Source: Bacteroidales bacterium
GTDB taxonomy: Bacteria > Bacteroidota > Bacteroidia > Bacteroidales > ML635J-15
Length of the DNA stretch: 58,837 bases
Direction: 5' to 3'
Assembly: GCA_028702535.1 (NCBI GenBank)
Contig: JAQVOR010000003.1
Coordinates: forward strand, 1-58,837
The notes under the pieces are model-generated. The model was not told where the DNA came from. It worked only from the letters and a program-made list of their open reading frames with translations, and did no database searches. A program made the translations under genes and the position numbers. This document shows, in pieces, positions 58,401-58,837 of the stretch. Position 1 is the stretch's first letter; each line of letters opens with the position of its first letter.

Positions 58401-58837
58401 TCTCAACCTCCTCAACTTACAGTAACAACTATCAATATTATTGATGCCCATTGTGGATTACCAGATGGTTCGATTACTGCAAGTCCAGCCGGTGGAACAG
58501 GTACTTATACAAATTATGCGTGGAACACAAGTCCACCACAATCAACACCTACTGCAACTGGCATTCCAACAGGCACTTATACTGTTACAATAACAGATAG
58601 TAATAATTGTACAGCTCAAGCAAGTGGTTCCGTTGGTGATATTGGCGGAATTACAGTAAACGTAACTGGCACAAACGTTCTTTGTGCTGGTGGTACTAGC
58701 GGAACAGCAGTAGCAACTGTTACAGGAGGAACTCCAAATTACACTTACAACTGGTCATCTGGATTAAATGAAACAACTGCAAATTTAACAAGTAATGTTT
58801 CAGGAATTGGCACAGGAAGTGTTTCTGTACAAGTTAC
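55479..58837 (+). CDS. Second giant SprB-repeat adhesin, 5' part only (open to the window end)
   Basis: Not in the ORF track because no stop is reached. I translated about the first 450 codons by hand from ATG 55479 and found them open. The remainder was inferred from the nucleotide repeat pattern and was not checked codon by codon. Signal peptide MRKFLLFLMSIFLLLSISS, Cys-rich N-terminal domains, then CNGDNNGSI...GGTAPYSY repeats. Confidence 0.8.
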   Translation, partial: MRKFLLFLMSIFLLLSISSKTFAVCSGATSAGALNPNTNWQTITPSTHTYYTFDAAYAGETFVFSFCDGGGSNSLDTQLEIYTNAGVPVAGFYNDDHCGLGSEIVFTAPAAGTYRIGIYRYYCSTTVAAAGTMAYRRLPAPTSADCLGALPLCNLNNSHPISASGQGNYYDLFDFYAQLGMAVSTHNCPNCLVTGEDNNMWYTFVAQTSGTVNFTIAPNNSADDYDWAAFSLNNGVGCLDLVNYNVPANRPVLCNYCGTTGNTGAGPGSTTCEGPNSCSNWTSSLNVIAGNTYVVNVSNFSGSVNGYSINFGGSASIVDNTGPTIESLEYAPYCGQSSITLQFSERVWCGSVQPADFVLTGPGGTYDISDTWSAVCESAAASTYSGTFYDDLWTLELSDYLDQGGSYSICLNYNSVTDICNNGSPGNCIIFTITGIEATISNTDIACNGDNNGSITVNNITGGTAPYSYSLNGGASVAVVGTGFSLTNLSAGSYQIVITDNIGNCEYVETVVIHESPLLAFNTSITHPTCGGGENSGAVLITGTGGTPNYNIQLGAATQNGVASYNFTGLTGGSYGITVTDLYGCTATGSVNLNNVDVPDATFTYNGNQCFTGHSFNFTHTGAVTPGETYSWTFTSGTPATSTAHNPTGITWAAPGIYNVSLTVTTGTCTDTYSTSISVYASPSPTITTTSDNCGLCDGTASTTIGYSSYSWSTGSTASSINGLCAGNYTVTVSDANSCTAATPFTISAAGNTPVANVVTTNPTCAGDCNGTATVNATGSPSYSYNYSSGTTPNNQTTGGLCNGTYTVTVADGSNAACFTVETFTITEPPAMILTMGHTDATCGMANGTASVTVTGHTPPPSYSWSSGGTTATITVAAGTYTVTVTDGAGCTAQNTVTVNDTGVPFTVTTSVNNNVNCFGNCNGSATATPVGAGPFTYLWDNAQITQTATGLCQGNHTVTVTEAGCSVIETINISQPPQLTVTTINIIDAHCGLPDGSITASPAGGTGTYTNYAWNTSPPQSTPTATGIPTGTYTVTITDSNNCTAQASGSVGDIGGITVNVTGTNVLCAGGTSGTAVATVTGGTPNYTYNWSSGLNETTANLTSNVSGIGTGSVSVQV

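Overview
AT-rich chromosomal segment that looks like an anaerobic, fermentative member of the Bacteroidota. Evidence: many T9SS C-terminal sorting domains of both type A and type B, SprB-type repeats, an [FeFe]-hydrogenase and a Na+-pumping methylmalonyl-CoA decarboxylase operon. Gene order: etfBA; a three-gene NuoE/NuoF/[FeFe]-hydrogenase operon; a small accessory stretch holding a nonsense-interrupted glycosidase-like lipoprotein gene, a 51-bp tandem-repeat secreted protein, a polytopic membrane protein and an orphan HTH-fused N6-adenine DNA methyltransferase; xseA; a T9SS subtilase; a 2251-aa SprB-repeat adhesin with a perfect 870-bp internal tandem duplication; an AddA-like helicase-nuclease coupled to a Zn-ribbon SAM methyltransferase; a stand-alone radical SAM gene; ung; slyD-like; a T9SS-dependent starch locus (MFS, GH13 and two large cargo proteins, no SusC/D); an islet of decayed RAYT (IS200-like) transposase copies plus a nonsense-interrupted rhuM; a DUF2752 to miaA block; an exported thioredoxin; the mce-mmdADCB operon; and an ECF sigma cluster leading into a second giant adhesin that runs off the window. 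No rRNA, tRNA, CRISPR array or cas gene was recognised. I found no clear-cut new multi-gene defence or mobile system. The items most worth follow-up are the adhesin duplication, the ECF sigma / membrane-anchored type-B-CTD protein / adhesin cluster, the minimal hydrogenase module with a TSCSP active-site variant and a G11 tract, the dispersed GC-rich REP/MITE-like elements near decayed RAYT genes, and two genes each broken by a single in-frame stop. All homology calls come from reading motifs in the supplied translations. No database search was run.
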